DNA of 64,000 bases from Podarcis erhardii (Eukaryota): the NCBI GenBank assembly GCA_964252035.1, contig OZ176202.1, one strand, 5' to 3'. The notes below the pieces were generated by a model. That model saw nothing but the letters and a program-made list of their open reading frames with translations, was not told the origin of the DNA and made no database searches. The translations under genes and the position numbers were made by a program. This document shows positions 48,374 through 60,010 of the stretch, one piece after another. How positions within the stretch are numbered: position 1 is the stretch's first letter; each line of letters begins with the position of its first letter.

Positions 48374-50826
48374 AGGATGAAGACCCAACTGGCAAGTATA
48401 TGTCATCCACCGGATACTAAGCAAAGTGTTCAATGCACAGTGTAATTTTTACTCATCATTAGAAGGGTAAAGGATTGGGCTGTTAATAAAAAAAGCCAAA
48501 GTTAACTGAAAACTTAAATAGCTTTAGAATGAAAAACACAAATGACGACAAGTGGGAAAGTGCATTGGCAGAAATAGAAAAGGAAAAGGCTGTAAAAAAG
48601 ACCCCTGTCCAAAGGATTTCTGTTGCTTTAAGCAATGTGGCAAGGAGCTAGTAGGAAGGGGAAAAGGGGAAAGGAAAGGAAACATTCTTTTCTGAGTTAT
48701 TTTTAAAAATATTCTAAACTTCCTGCCTTGAGATCTATGCTGATATGTTTGGAGTTACAATTTTGAAAAAGAAAAGAAATTCAGGTTTTGAAGGGTTTGC
48801 TTTGCTTTAACATAGTGGCATCTTCGCTATGTGGCAGATTTAGTGCCTAGTTTCTGAACATTTTAAATGTCCAGCTTAAAAATTCTTGGGACTGTTCAAA
48901 ATGTTAATTGACTACTCCCTACCCATAGACTTGTGATCTTTTTTATATTTTTAAAAAATGCCACTGCCACCTATAATATAAAAAAGTTGGGAACCTGTGC
49001 TCTTGATGGAAATACATGAACCAGAAATTCCCACATCCAAATTGAATACATGTTGGGATTCAGTCTATTTCACATATTTTATGTGTGCACAGTCCCATTT
49101 GTGGCCCTGTTCCTGGCTTTGTGATTCAAAGGCCAAGTGCTTTTTTCGCAGGGCTTTATGAAGGTGCAGATGGAGAGATGAGAAGCAGCCTCCAGGGCAC
49201 AATCTCTCTCTTTTTGGCTTGGGAGCTTGCAGAGACAAATTGGGGGAAGAGCTAAGAGCATAGCCTGAACTGATCAGAGCCAGCAGGCCAGGCAAATTAG
49301 ATTGGACAACAAATATCAACCTTAGCTGCTGGATGTGAGGAGTCCCCTGTGCTAAGTGAGTGACAGGCACAACAGCTAATGTGTTTATTCTCCCTGCCCA
49401 GCAATCATAGTCAAAAGCAGCAAAATAACAATGCTTGTCAAAAAGAGTCAATGATTTTCATGGCAAAAACATAACCCTTGTGAGCAACTGTGTGTATGTT
49501 GTTAATAGTAGATCACGCTGGAACGCCCTAACAATAAATTTCAGGTACTAATGTTAAAAAAAAATTGAGTATTGTAGATCTAGTTATCTTTTACAGAGAA
49601 AAGCAACCCTGTAACAACTCGCATAGTTCTGCTATGGTACGTAAAAGGTACAGAAACAGACAAAAAGAGATTCCATGTGATGCAAATAGGAGGCATGGAA
49701 TTGGGTTGTAAAGGGGAAATTAGTTTATCATTTTTATTTTTATTTTTGTATGTGCAACATCTCTTGGGTCAAGCCGATCTGTTAAAATAAATACTCCCCC
49801 GTTTGAGTAGAGTTTGAACTTTGAGCTGAAAGCTGGTGTATCATCATAGCAGCAAAAAAAGAAAAAGAAAAATCTGTTGCACCAATCAGAATTACTCTGC
49901 TTCATTCCAATTCAGTTATATTTTACATTACAATGGGATTACTTGTTCAAATCCAGTATGACATTTAAAAAATGTTACCAGGCTGGAGCAAAACATTGTC
50001 CTATCAAAATGCAGCATTAGAACAAACTATTTTATTCATAAGTATGATTATTTGTGCCTGGCAACTATTATCCTGACTTAGTCCATTATCATAATTAAAG
50101 AATGCAACAGAAAACAAGCCCTTTGCACTCATTTTACTGCTTATAAAGGCCAGTGCTCAACATGGTCAAAACAGTACAGTAATTTCTATGTGGACAAGCA
50201 GCTACAGAGAATCCTGAACATTTATATCTCTAGGGATAGTTTGAGGAATATGATTGTTGTGAATATGATCATTGTGGATTTCTATAAGGGTTTTTTTTTC
50301 CTGATCTAAAATTCCTGCAATATGAGAAGTAGAACTTAACTACCCCAGTATTCACATATCTCCAAATATTTTGATGTAATACTCAGTAGGTTAAGGTAAC
50401 AGTGTACATGTTTGGAAGGGGGAAAGCATTTAAATATGTATTTTGGGATCATTTTTTTAAAAAAAGATCAGTGCAGAAATAAAACAAAATTACGGGAGAA
50501 ACATGTTAAAGTGCCATGGAGCAGAAATAGGTTTGTCTGTCCCTAGTTTTGAGGAGAGGTGCCACATATTGAACCTAGGATCTTAGATGTATTGAGGAAG
50601 GGTTCTCCAACAAACACAGGCACCAACATGCTGGCCAATACCCTCTGTGGCACTCACAAATGGTCTCGGTAATATCACTTCAGAAATCTACAAAGCACAA
50701 GAGTCTTCTCTTTCCTGCTCAGTTGGTCTGCACTAGCTCAACCTGTTCGGCATTGAATGTGTACACTTAAACATGCACACAATTGGATGGCAGGGTTGGA
50801 CGTGCACCCTCCCATCTCTTCTCCTG

Positions 50827-51072
50827 CTCTGGAGGGTAGGACTCGAGGCAACGGCTTCAAGTTACAAGAAAAGAGATTCTGACTAAACTTTCAGGGGAAA
50901 ACATTTCTGACAGTAAGAGCTGTTTGGCAGTGGAACAGACTCCCACAAGAAGTAGTGGTCTCTCCTTCCTTGGAGGTTTTTTTAGCAGAGATTATCTGTC
51001 ATGGACGCTTTAGTTGGGATTCCCACCCCCCAAGGTCCTTTCCAACTCTAAGATTCTTTGATTCTATGTTCT
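50827..51072 (+). mobile_element. CR1 LINE 3' end
   Basis: aggactcgaggcaacggcttcaagttacaagaaaagagattc...ggaacagactcccacaagaagtagtgg...ggtcctttccaactctaagattctttgattctatg. Confidence 0.85.
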
Positions 51073-54000
51073 GAATAGATCAGAGGCACAAAATGTGGCA
51101 GTGACTAATAGCAGTGGCTCCCTTCTCCCTGACCATTGATGGGGCAGCTGATTGGAGGGGGCATGTGCAAACCATTTTGCTCTCCTCTCTTTTAGCTCTA
51201 GCAGCCATTTTCTGTTATCCTACACTGCCCATGGCTGCCATTTTGTGATTGGCACCCTTAGCACCTGCTCAAAATTCCAAATGAGCCTACTAGCCTTCCA
51301 GTGTCAGCAACCCCTGAATTAAGTTTAAGTCTTCAGGAGTCCTTCCATGGACAGAAAGCCTCTTCTATGCATGAGAGCCCGCCCCCCCCCCCCCCCGCCA
51401 CAAGTTAGCATAAGAGTCTTGTGTTGTACAATTACTGCTGCTAATTATTGTGCAGCAGTTCTTGGAACAGTGATACCATCGGCACGCCTTCCACTAGTAT
51501 ATCTCTGGATACATCCCACAAAGAGCGCTACTACTTAGCTATGCCCTTGCCCGTATTTTCTGTTTCCTGGGAACAAGTACAAAAGATCTGAGGAAAGCCA
51601 GAAATTTAGTGCTTTGGCCCATATACAATGAAAGCCCTATTGCTTTTCAAATGTGTTCCTGGTCATCCAAGCTTTCTGGAATGGAGCCATCTGCCTTCTT
51701 CCTATTCATAAGGAATAGCTATTTTCTTTCTTGGCACAATTTGGTGTAACCAACATAAAAGGCAGAGTAAGGGGCTAAGATAGGGCCTCTTCACTACACA
51801 TTCCTTGTCCTACAACTTTTGTTTTCTACCTCAGGCCTGCAAAACCTGTATGCCATGAAGCCTGACGCAGCCCACCAGATACAAATCATAGCCTGAGACA
51901 TCTCACACAGGCAGGCCAGCGATGGTGGGAAGTTTGTCAAGCCTGTTAAGTTTCCATGCCTGCCTGGTAGATCACACATTTTTCAGGCTTATCGTACACC
52001 CTTTCCTTTGCCCTGCATTTTTTGCAAATCCCATTCCCCAGTGCTTCCCTTCCTTTCGGTTGCAAAGAGGATGATTATTAACACAACTTCTGAATGAGAA
52101 AAGATCCAAAAGGCACAAATGAGCAGCGACTAATCCTCCTAAGTGGCTTTCTTAACTGTGATCTGGGTGTCACTTCCAATAAACCAGATGTCTTCTGCTT
52201 CTACAAATGGTGACCTGCACACCTCAGATTCTTGCCAAGCCTCTGAGGGAACTTGCCGCACTGCTGAAAGTCTTTTTAGAGCCCCTCATTACAAAGGCCT
52301 TTGTGGAGAAAGCACTGCTTTCTGCTGTGCAATGCCGAACATACTAATAAGATAAGTGTTTCATGTCCAAAAGTCAACAAACATTCAAAAGCAAAATAGA
52401 CACACACACCCCTTTCACTGGCCTCTTGTCTTTTTATTTGGTCTCTGCTGGGTCTTTTCATCAAAGAACACATTTGAATGAAAAACTCCCTCAGCTTTGG
52501 ATTCTGTTCATCAAAGTGCATTTTGCTACAGGAAATTAGAATTTCTCAGGAAATTATAACTCTTATATAGCCTTAATATGAGGAGGACTGAGGACCCCCC
52601 TGAGGGGACAGTGGTCAGCTGTGCTCCTGATCCTTCTATTGACCATGTGTACTGAGGGGCTTTTCCTTTCCACTTCTGCATGTGGGATTCCACCTGTTAT
52701 TTGTAGGATCAAGATGTGTTACTACACATTAGTAAGGACATGATAATTTGCACCCCCCCTTTTAAGGACGTCCCTTGTGATGCTGCTGCAGTTGTTCAGA
52801 AACGTACTCTTGCCAAGGTCTGGACAGTTGACAAGGGATGTGCTTGGCAGGGCCATGGCATGGGTGACAGGATGATAAAACTGGCTCTTTGGAAATGAGG
52901 TTGGCATTTAACTTCTTAGTGGTGCTCTAAACTATCTTTATAAACCAAATTCTCGCTAAATTCTAAAACACTGATACATTATGTCTCCATATTGTTTGAG
53001 GTAACTTATGTGGAACCTGCAAATTGAGGGGCTGATTTCGAGATCTAAGGACAGCAAAGGGTGGCTATTGCAGTCTGGCCCTGTCAGATGTTTATCTATG
53101 CAAACACACTTTTAGAAATGAACTGAGAGTTAGGGCAGCTGTTTTTAAAACCGAGTATACTCATGACTAAGTAAATTTATAGTTGGTAGGAGTTACTGAG
53201 GGCAGGGTTCTTGCTCTCAAGTCATTGTTACAAGCATTCTGAATTACAGGGCTCATCTAGACTTCCTTTCGTGCCATGCTTTTGAGGCACAGGTCCGCGC
53301 TTTAAAGCTCTGTGTCCAAACAGCTGTTTTCGTGTCCTGGCACTTTCCCTGGGAAAACCCCCATTTTACTGCTGAATCAGAGCAAATGGGAGAAAATGCA
53401 GACCAGTGCCTAGAAATGCAGCACAAAACGAAGTCTGGATGACCCACAGCCTCTGCCAGCCTGATGGACTACAACTCCCAGTCAACACAGCTGTTATAAT
53501 CCAAAACATCTGGAGGGTGCCAGGTTGGTAAAGGAAGATGACAGACACAACCTTGATCCCCGTTTGGAAGCTGTGAAACTACGGATGACTAAAGGAGAGA
53601 GTGTCTCCTTTACTGAGGCCTAAGGAATCTCAAGGGTCAGGCCTGAAATCTATTCCTGGCAATGCAATCTCTCCTTTCATAGCTCCCTTGCCACTCTGCT
53701 TCTGCTTCCTTCAGATACACGGAGGTTCACTGATCACATGGATTACCTTGGCTAAACGCTATGCTGCAAATAGTTTCTTGGGTCATTACATAAGCCCGTA
53801 ACCCCCCTGCTGGTTAATATATTGTAAACAACAATTTGATGTGCTAAAAGTTTTGTAATTGGGACACCATCTACCGGAAATGACTAAAAGGTATTAGCAT
53901 TAGCACCATTACTCTGTACGCAGTTGAGAATTAGCTTTTTCCTCATTCTGCCTGGAGATGAGTTCTCTGCCGCTTGCAAGTGTGCATATTTTGGTCCTGA

Positions 54001-55044
54001 ATGGAAATTAGTCCAATAAAAGTGTTCGGTTTACTCATTTTGAGTCGCTCACCTAAATGGAGCGAGTATAATGAGATCAGTAAGGACTCTTACTATTGAT
54101 TTTTCTATACCTGAGGATACATGCTTGTCTACTGACATAGGCAAAGCAACAGTGAGTTTCCCTCTTGCTGAATGAGGGATTAGCCAACTACTGCACCTCT
54201 CCACCGGGTGCTGGGTCTTTTTGGAGCCACGTTGGCCCAGTAATTGTAAACCACCCCGACCTGGAAATCCAGGCCCTATAGTTGACTACATCATTCATGG
54301 GGACAGGGTAGGTCTACCTTCTGGCATTGCCCAGTTGATGGTGCTGCTTCTCTCAGCATGAAAACACCTCCAGAGTGGGCAGAGCAGATTCTACAAGCCT
54401 TGATGCTCTTAGCCACTGGACACTGTTCTCACAGGAATGGTTGTATGTGGGGGAGTTGAGATGACAATACCTTCACCCAGGAGCAGATGTTTCTCCTGCT
54501 GTGGTTGATGCTGATGCTGTTGCTTCGTTCCAAGGCCAGCAGCAGCCTTCCAGATAAGTTCCCAGAAAGTAGCTGTAACTCAGCCAAACTAAGATAAGGG
54601 CACAATAATCCATTGCTCACCAGATACCAGCAAGAAAATAAGACTAAACAATTACCTTGGGAAATACATGCATCCTGCTTTTTCATAATGTTTTATTAGC
54701 ACATTCCATTCAGTAGCAGCCAAGAAGGAGAATATAACCCATTATTAAGCCATCAACAAGGCAGGGCAGATGTTCCAGACCTTGATGTTCTTAGTTGCTT
54801 ATGCTCCTTCTCCCACACCTGTGTTTCAACCTGGAAGAGGTGCGATGGCAATACTGGAGTCCCTATTCCACAGACCAAGAGCACCTAGATGTTCCTACTA
54901 CTCCTGACAGTTTTTGGTTTCTGTTCTTGTCCACAATAAACATGAGAATTTACACATACCATTAAAAGTTCCTATTAATTGAGGTCTATTTTGTCACAGA
55001 TTTATTTCCATTGCAATCTAAATTATCCATATTCTGTTTTTCCT

Positions 55045-55210
55045 TCCAGGTAACTCAGAAAAGCACATAGCTTCCCCCTTTATCCTTATACAACAACCCT
55101 GTAGGGAGGGCCAGTTAGGCTGAAACTAAGTGTCTAGCTGAAGATCCCACAATGCATTTTATGACTGAGAATGAGAATTTTAATCCATCCCTCTCTCTGG
55201 TTATCATGCT
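55045..55210 (-). mobile_element. Decayed L2-tailed SINE
   Basis: tttatccttatacaacaaccctgtagggag...ttaggctgaaactaagtg, the reverse of the pattern seen at 56077-56270. Confidence 0.45.
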
Positions 55211-55223
55211 AACACTCCAGCCA

Positions 55224-55470
55224 CTGTTGTTGGCATCTGGCTGTCTCAGGAGACAATGGAGGAGTGTGCCTTTGGGGATGAGGTCAAGCTGTTGGACGGT
55301 TGCAGCACCTGCTGTGGCTGTAGAGACTGATGCGGGAGAAACATGTTTTGTTGCAGCTGGGGCAGATGTAGGCACCCAGTTGTGCAGATGCACCTTGGCG
55401 TTTCTTCTCTCTGCGCTCCTCCCAGCCACTATTCACACTTAGCTTTCCTCCATGCTTTGCAGGCATGGTC
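55224..55470 (-). mobile_element. RTE-clade LINE 3' end with zinc-finger-like C-terminus
   Basis: Minus ORF ends YICPSCNKTCFSRISLYSHSRCC, the RTE C-terminal 'C..C.R.C.SRIGL.SH.R.C' motif, followed by a short (CAA) tail. Confidence 0.8.
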
Positions 55471-56076
55471 CATGCCTTAAAGCTCCATGTCTGAATGTTC
55501 TGGAGCTTTCCTTACAAAAACCCACTCTTTATGGCAATCCTGGAAGCATGGGGAAAAGTTTAGTGTGCATAAGCCCTATGTTGACTCTCTGTGGGTTCTT
55601 TCTCTTCATTTCAGTGTCCGGGAGCTGAGAAGCATAAATCACCACTTTTCTCAAAATGCATCCTGCACGATTTGTTCATTCAAATTGTTTTCTTGAGAGA
55701 AGAATGTTCACATGAATATGTAAACATTGATCTCTCCATGCAATCAGGCTGCCTTTGATAGGGCAGCAAAGTAGGCTAGATGGGGAGAACCCTGATTGCA
55801 CAGGGGGGGGATTGCTGACTTGATTCTCTCCACTAATTCTGCACATGCATGCCAGGATCAGGGACCCTCCAGAAAGACTTGAGGTTGGCTACAGCAAGAT
55901 GCAGCAGGAGGGGAAACAATTGAAATAGGAAGCCGGCAGCTGTCTTGTGTGGAATGGCCTAGGTCATTCATCAGGAGGCAAAAGATCTTGAGTCATCCCT
56001 GTACTTAGGTCAAACATGACATTCATTCCCCACATAGTTTAGATGTGTTGTGCTGGAAGCTATTTATGTATTAACT

Positions 56077-56270
56077 GAGAACCAGTGTGGAGCAGTGGTT
56101 AGTGCTGGGCTAGGACCTGGGAGACCATGAAGGAAGTTCTTTGAGTGACCTTGGGCCAATCACCATCTCTTCAACCTAACCTACCATGGTTGCGAGGACA
56201 CCATGTGGAGGAAGGGAACCAGGTATGCCACCTTAAGCATCACAGAGGAAAGCTGGGATATAAATAAATG
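56077..56270 (+). mobile_element. tRNA-derived SINE with L2-type tail
   Basis: ccagtgtggagcagtggttag...gtgaccttgggccaatcac...ctaacctacc...gaaagctgggatataaataaat. Confidence 0.6.
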
Positions 56271-57328
56271 TGTGTATTGAACAAAGGACCAAGAAGAAGA
56301 CCCTTTTGTCCATCTCTGTAGTTTGGGAGAGTCAAATGTGCCAGATTTGGGGGAGAATTCAGTGAGCCAACTAGCAAGTGTTTCATTTTCACCTCCTCAA
56401 TGAGATCTAATTATGAAGGATTTAGTGTCTATTATTCCCCAAGAGGCTGTGTTCACACTTCAGCTAAGCACGGGTGGTGGCTCCACTCTAGCGTAAGCCA
56501 CAAGTGCAAAAGACTTCACTAATAGAACTTCTGTTATGCCTGGCCATCAGGGAGAAGCTAACTATAGGGAAGGCACCATAAACTGTGAAATGAAAACGGC
56601 TCCTTTCCCTATGATAAGAGGAAGCTAGCATTGAACCTATTACTCAGATTATAGTGAATCTGAATTGCTTTCCCCTTGAGCTGCTACAGAGATAGATCAG
56701 TCGGATTAAATTCCTCTCTCTTATGTAAAACAACTTAACTGGAATAGATAAAAACGTAATATATTTTTGAAGACTTGTATGTTTCCTCGAGTCTGGATAA
56801 TAATAAGTCCTTGACTTACAAATGTCTCCTTGATTGTTTAATGAATTATTTTCTCCTCCTTAGATGGCTTCTGACTGGAATGTACTAATAAAACATAAAA
56901 AAGTGGGATACATGTTTTTCCTGAAGTAATTCTAGAAGAATGATTTATTTGAATAATAAATGTATGGTATTATTTTCTTTCTGGTGTCTGGTGAGCAATT
57001 GATTATTGTGTCCAATCTATATACTATTATTTTCTTTAGACCTCGATATCCTCCTGAACATTAAGATACATTGTCTGCACAGTTGTAAATCTAAAAGTAT
57101 TTTTAGGTACTAGTAGAAATAATAATAGAAAATTTACTTTTATGATTGAAAAGAGAAAGAACGGCACCCAAAACCACAAGGTAGATCATGTAGAAGCCGG
57201 GTTTTGTGTGTGTAGCTGATGCAGATGCTCGTACAGATGTGTAATTGGAGATGCTCATCATCTGGAGTCCATTGAATTGGCTGGATGCCTCTTTAGATGG
57301 GGATGGGAATGTAAATCTATATTTAGGA

Positions 57329-57470
57329 ATAAATAAAAAAATTGCCCAGTAGCACCTTAGAGACCAATTAGTTTGTTCTGGGTATAAGCTTTCATGTGCA
57401 TGCATACTTATTCAGATACAATTTTTTTTATTTATTTCGACTGTGTCAGAACAACACGGCTACTTACCTG
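57329..57470. mobile_element. Second Penelope-like terminal-repeat insertion, internally inverted, with a degenerate hammerhead and 15-bp TSD
   Basis: Same unit as 722-959. TSD AATCTATATTTAGGA at 57314-57328 and 57471-57485. Minus-strand hammerhead at 57382-57419 has CUGAAUA (G8 lost) and a mismatched stem II. Confidence 0.75.
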
Positions 57471-57499
57471 AATCTATATTTAGGAGTTACTATAGCATC

Positions 57500-57564
57500 C
57501 TGAGGGGCCCAGTCCTGCCACTCACCACCTGGCCTAGGGCGGGACCTGACAGGCTCCATAAAGG

Positions 57565-57605
<41 letters not shown>

Positions 57606-57890
57606 GCAGAGAGGGCTCGTTTTGTTGTTGTTGTTTTAAAAAAATGCTGTTATTTTTTACCTATGTCATTTTAAACTGTGATATTAATGCTTTATCCTTC
57701 GTTTTAGATTTTGATTTATGTGGAAATTGTTTTCCATTTGGTTGTGTATTTTTTTGATGTGGTTTATTTATTGTTTATGACTTTTGTAATTATGTAAATC
57801 TTGTCATGTTGTAAGCCGCCTTGAGCATTGTTTTTAACTGAGGAAATGTGGCATAAAATAAAATGATGATGATGATGATGATGATGCTCC
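57500..57890 (+). mobile_element. L2-type LINE 3' tail containing (CTG)13 at 57566-57604 and an (ATG)n tail
   Basis: tgtaagccgccttgagcattg...gaggaaatgtggcataaaataaaatgatgatg. Repeats read directly. Confidence 0.6.
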
Positions 57891-58284
57891 TAGGGTGCAA
57901 TAGCTTTTTGTTTGTTTGGGGAAGATAATTAGGCTCTTTCACAAAACTCAGACATTCTGAGAGGTCTAAATGGTACAATTCCACTCTGGGCCACCACACC
58001 AAATGAAAAGCCTGTGAAGAGTCTGGGAGATTCTATCTTTCGTCATATTTCTGCCATGGGATTTAAACGATCCAGGCATGGACCCTGGTAGTGTTCTAGT
58101 TCAGCTTTCTAGTTCAATTGGTTGGGGCTGATGTAAGTTGTAATCTGAAACATTTGGAGAGCACCAGGTTGGGCTAGGCTGGACTATATTAAAATGACAT
58201 CAGTGTAGAATTAGGATGCTTCACAAGAAATGCTCTCCCAGATTGAATCCTGTGGTTTGTCTGTTGTTCTGGCAAAAAAGCAAG

Positions 58285-58413
58285 TAATTGCCAGTTGGTT
58301 AGAGCATGGTGCTGATAATGCTAAGGTTGCAGGTTTGATCCCCGTATGAGACAATGGCAGATTGGACTAGATGATCCTCAGGGTCCCTTCCAACTCTACA
58401 ATTCTATGATTCT
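58285..58413 (+). mobile_element. tRNA(Ile)-like-headed SINE with CR1-type tail
   Basis: cagttggttagagcatggtgctgataatgctaaggttgcaggtttgatcccc, followed by ggactagatgatcctcagggtcccttccaactctacaattctatgattct. Confidence 0.7.
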
Positions 58414-59378
58414 AAGTAGGAAATTTCATCAAAAAATCACATTTGTCAACTATGGTGATGTTTGGTACATCTGAAGAGACCCTCGCCAAGCTCCAGTTAG
58501 ATTTTGCTTCCTAGGTATCATCTTCAGACTGAATTAGCAGCGCAGGGAGTCAAGATGTGGCCATGTCCAAATATTCATCACCTGTAACCATTGCTATATG
58601 AATTAACTGCTTTCAGACAGCAAATTACTCTGACAAAGATTATTGGATGGCATAGTTAGACATGTATTACATTATGTATTATATGGAGCACCTTCACTGA
58701 TAGACACTGGACCTCTTGACTACTTAAACAAAATGCTGGCAAGATTTAGGCATAATCTTATGTATGCCCATTGCTCATTCTTTCAAGCAATTCCCCTACC
58801 TGTCAACATCTATTATTTTGTGATGGTTGAATTTCAGCCAGTTCATTCCCATTTACGTCTCTGAGTCCATGGGAAATCAAAGAGGCTGCTAAGTCCAGGT
58901 GTGATTTAGTCTTGTGTATCTGCTGTCCATTCACACTTCATTTCCTGTTGCCTTCCTATCTCCACTAGCATCCATGTATGTCTAGTAATGAGATGAAGTC
59001 CTGCAGGGCTCCAGTGCAAGAGGAAAGCGGTTGCTAGGACTGAAAAAAAAATTGGAGGGTGGAAAGTAATTCTGCTTTATAATTTGACATTTTGGGGTGC
59101 AGAAGTTCAAATTTTGAAGTTCCGAATTCAAAATTTAGATTCGATTTAGATATTGTGCCAGTTCAGATCCATCTGTTCCCTAAATTTTACAGTATTTGTC
59201 AAGGCTGCTTCCCAACACCAACCCAAATTTGGTCTGTGCAAAAGAATCATTCTTCTTTGATGTATTTCACATCCTCAGCTCTTCCTCTGTGGGGCTCAGA
59301 TTGGCCTACGTTTGGTTTTTAGGAGGGCTGTAATCCAAGCAACATACAGGACCAGAGCTGCTTAGCTTCACTGCTTCA

Positions 59379-59584
59379 TAGTGGTGTCCAAACTTTTTTC
59401 AAAGAGGGCCAGATTTACTGAAGTGAAGAGCTGTGAGGGCCAGCCAAAGGGCCAACCTTTGTTGTTAACCTTTTCTTAGGATTGAAGTTGTTGAGGATTT
59501 TACCCCAGGAAACTGCCACAGGGGCCGGATTTAGCCGACTGGCAGGCCGGATTGGACCCCCAAGACGGACTTTGGACATGCCTG
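59379..59584. mobile_element. hAT (Charlie/MER5-like) MITE
   Basis: Ends gtggtgtccaaacttttttcaaagagggccag ... ggactttggacatgcctg, with internal GGGCCG-type repeats. Confidence 0.65.
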
Positions 59585-59842
59585 CTTCAAATGATTGTGG
59601 GAACTGGTTATTTTTGAAATAAAGGAGTGAATTCACTGAAAGTCCTCCATTATCTGAAGTGTCCAGACTGCCACACACCAGGATTGCCATGACACTCATG
59701 TGCTATTGGTTCTTCTGTATTCAAGCATAGGGTTTCCATAATCTGACCTGCAGATGGAATTCTGGAGAAGGGATATATTTTGCCAATAAATCATCTGAAA
59801 CTCTTTTGATTTAGCTGCCCTTTTCTTCCATCTCACCACCAC

Positions 59843-60010
59843 ATAGGAAGCTGCCTTAGAACTTTGCTCCATCTAGCTCAACACCTGCACTGACTGGCAG
59901 AAGTCCCTCTGGGTTTCCAGCATGAATCTTTCCCAGCTTTGCCTTGATATTTCAGCAGCTGAACATGGGCCGTCTGTTCTTTCCCAGGGAGCTCTGAAGC
60001 TTCTAAGCAC
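59843..60010 (-). mobile_element. Squam3-like SINE, decayed
   Basis: cataggaagctgcctta...tccatctagctca...cactgactggcag...gggtttccagcatgaatctttcccagc, the reverse of the Squam3-like body. Confidence 0.55.

Noticed and set aside
47869-48433. Overlapping 69-121-aa ORFs
   Set aside because: They lie within the GC-rich solo LTR; no gag or pol motifs.
58285-58360. tRNA-Ile-like gene (and tRNA-like heads at 12634, 16183, 17813, 56077)
   Set aside because: Degenerate stems and B-boxes, directly fused to SINE bodies or LINE-derived tails; these are SINE heads, not tRNA genes.
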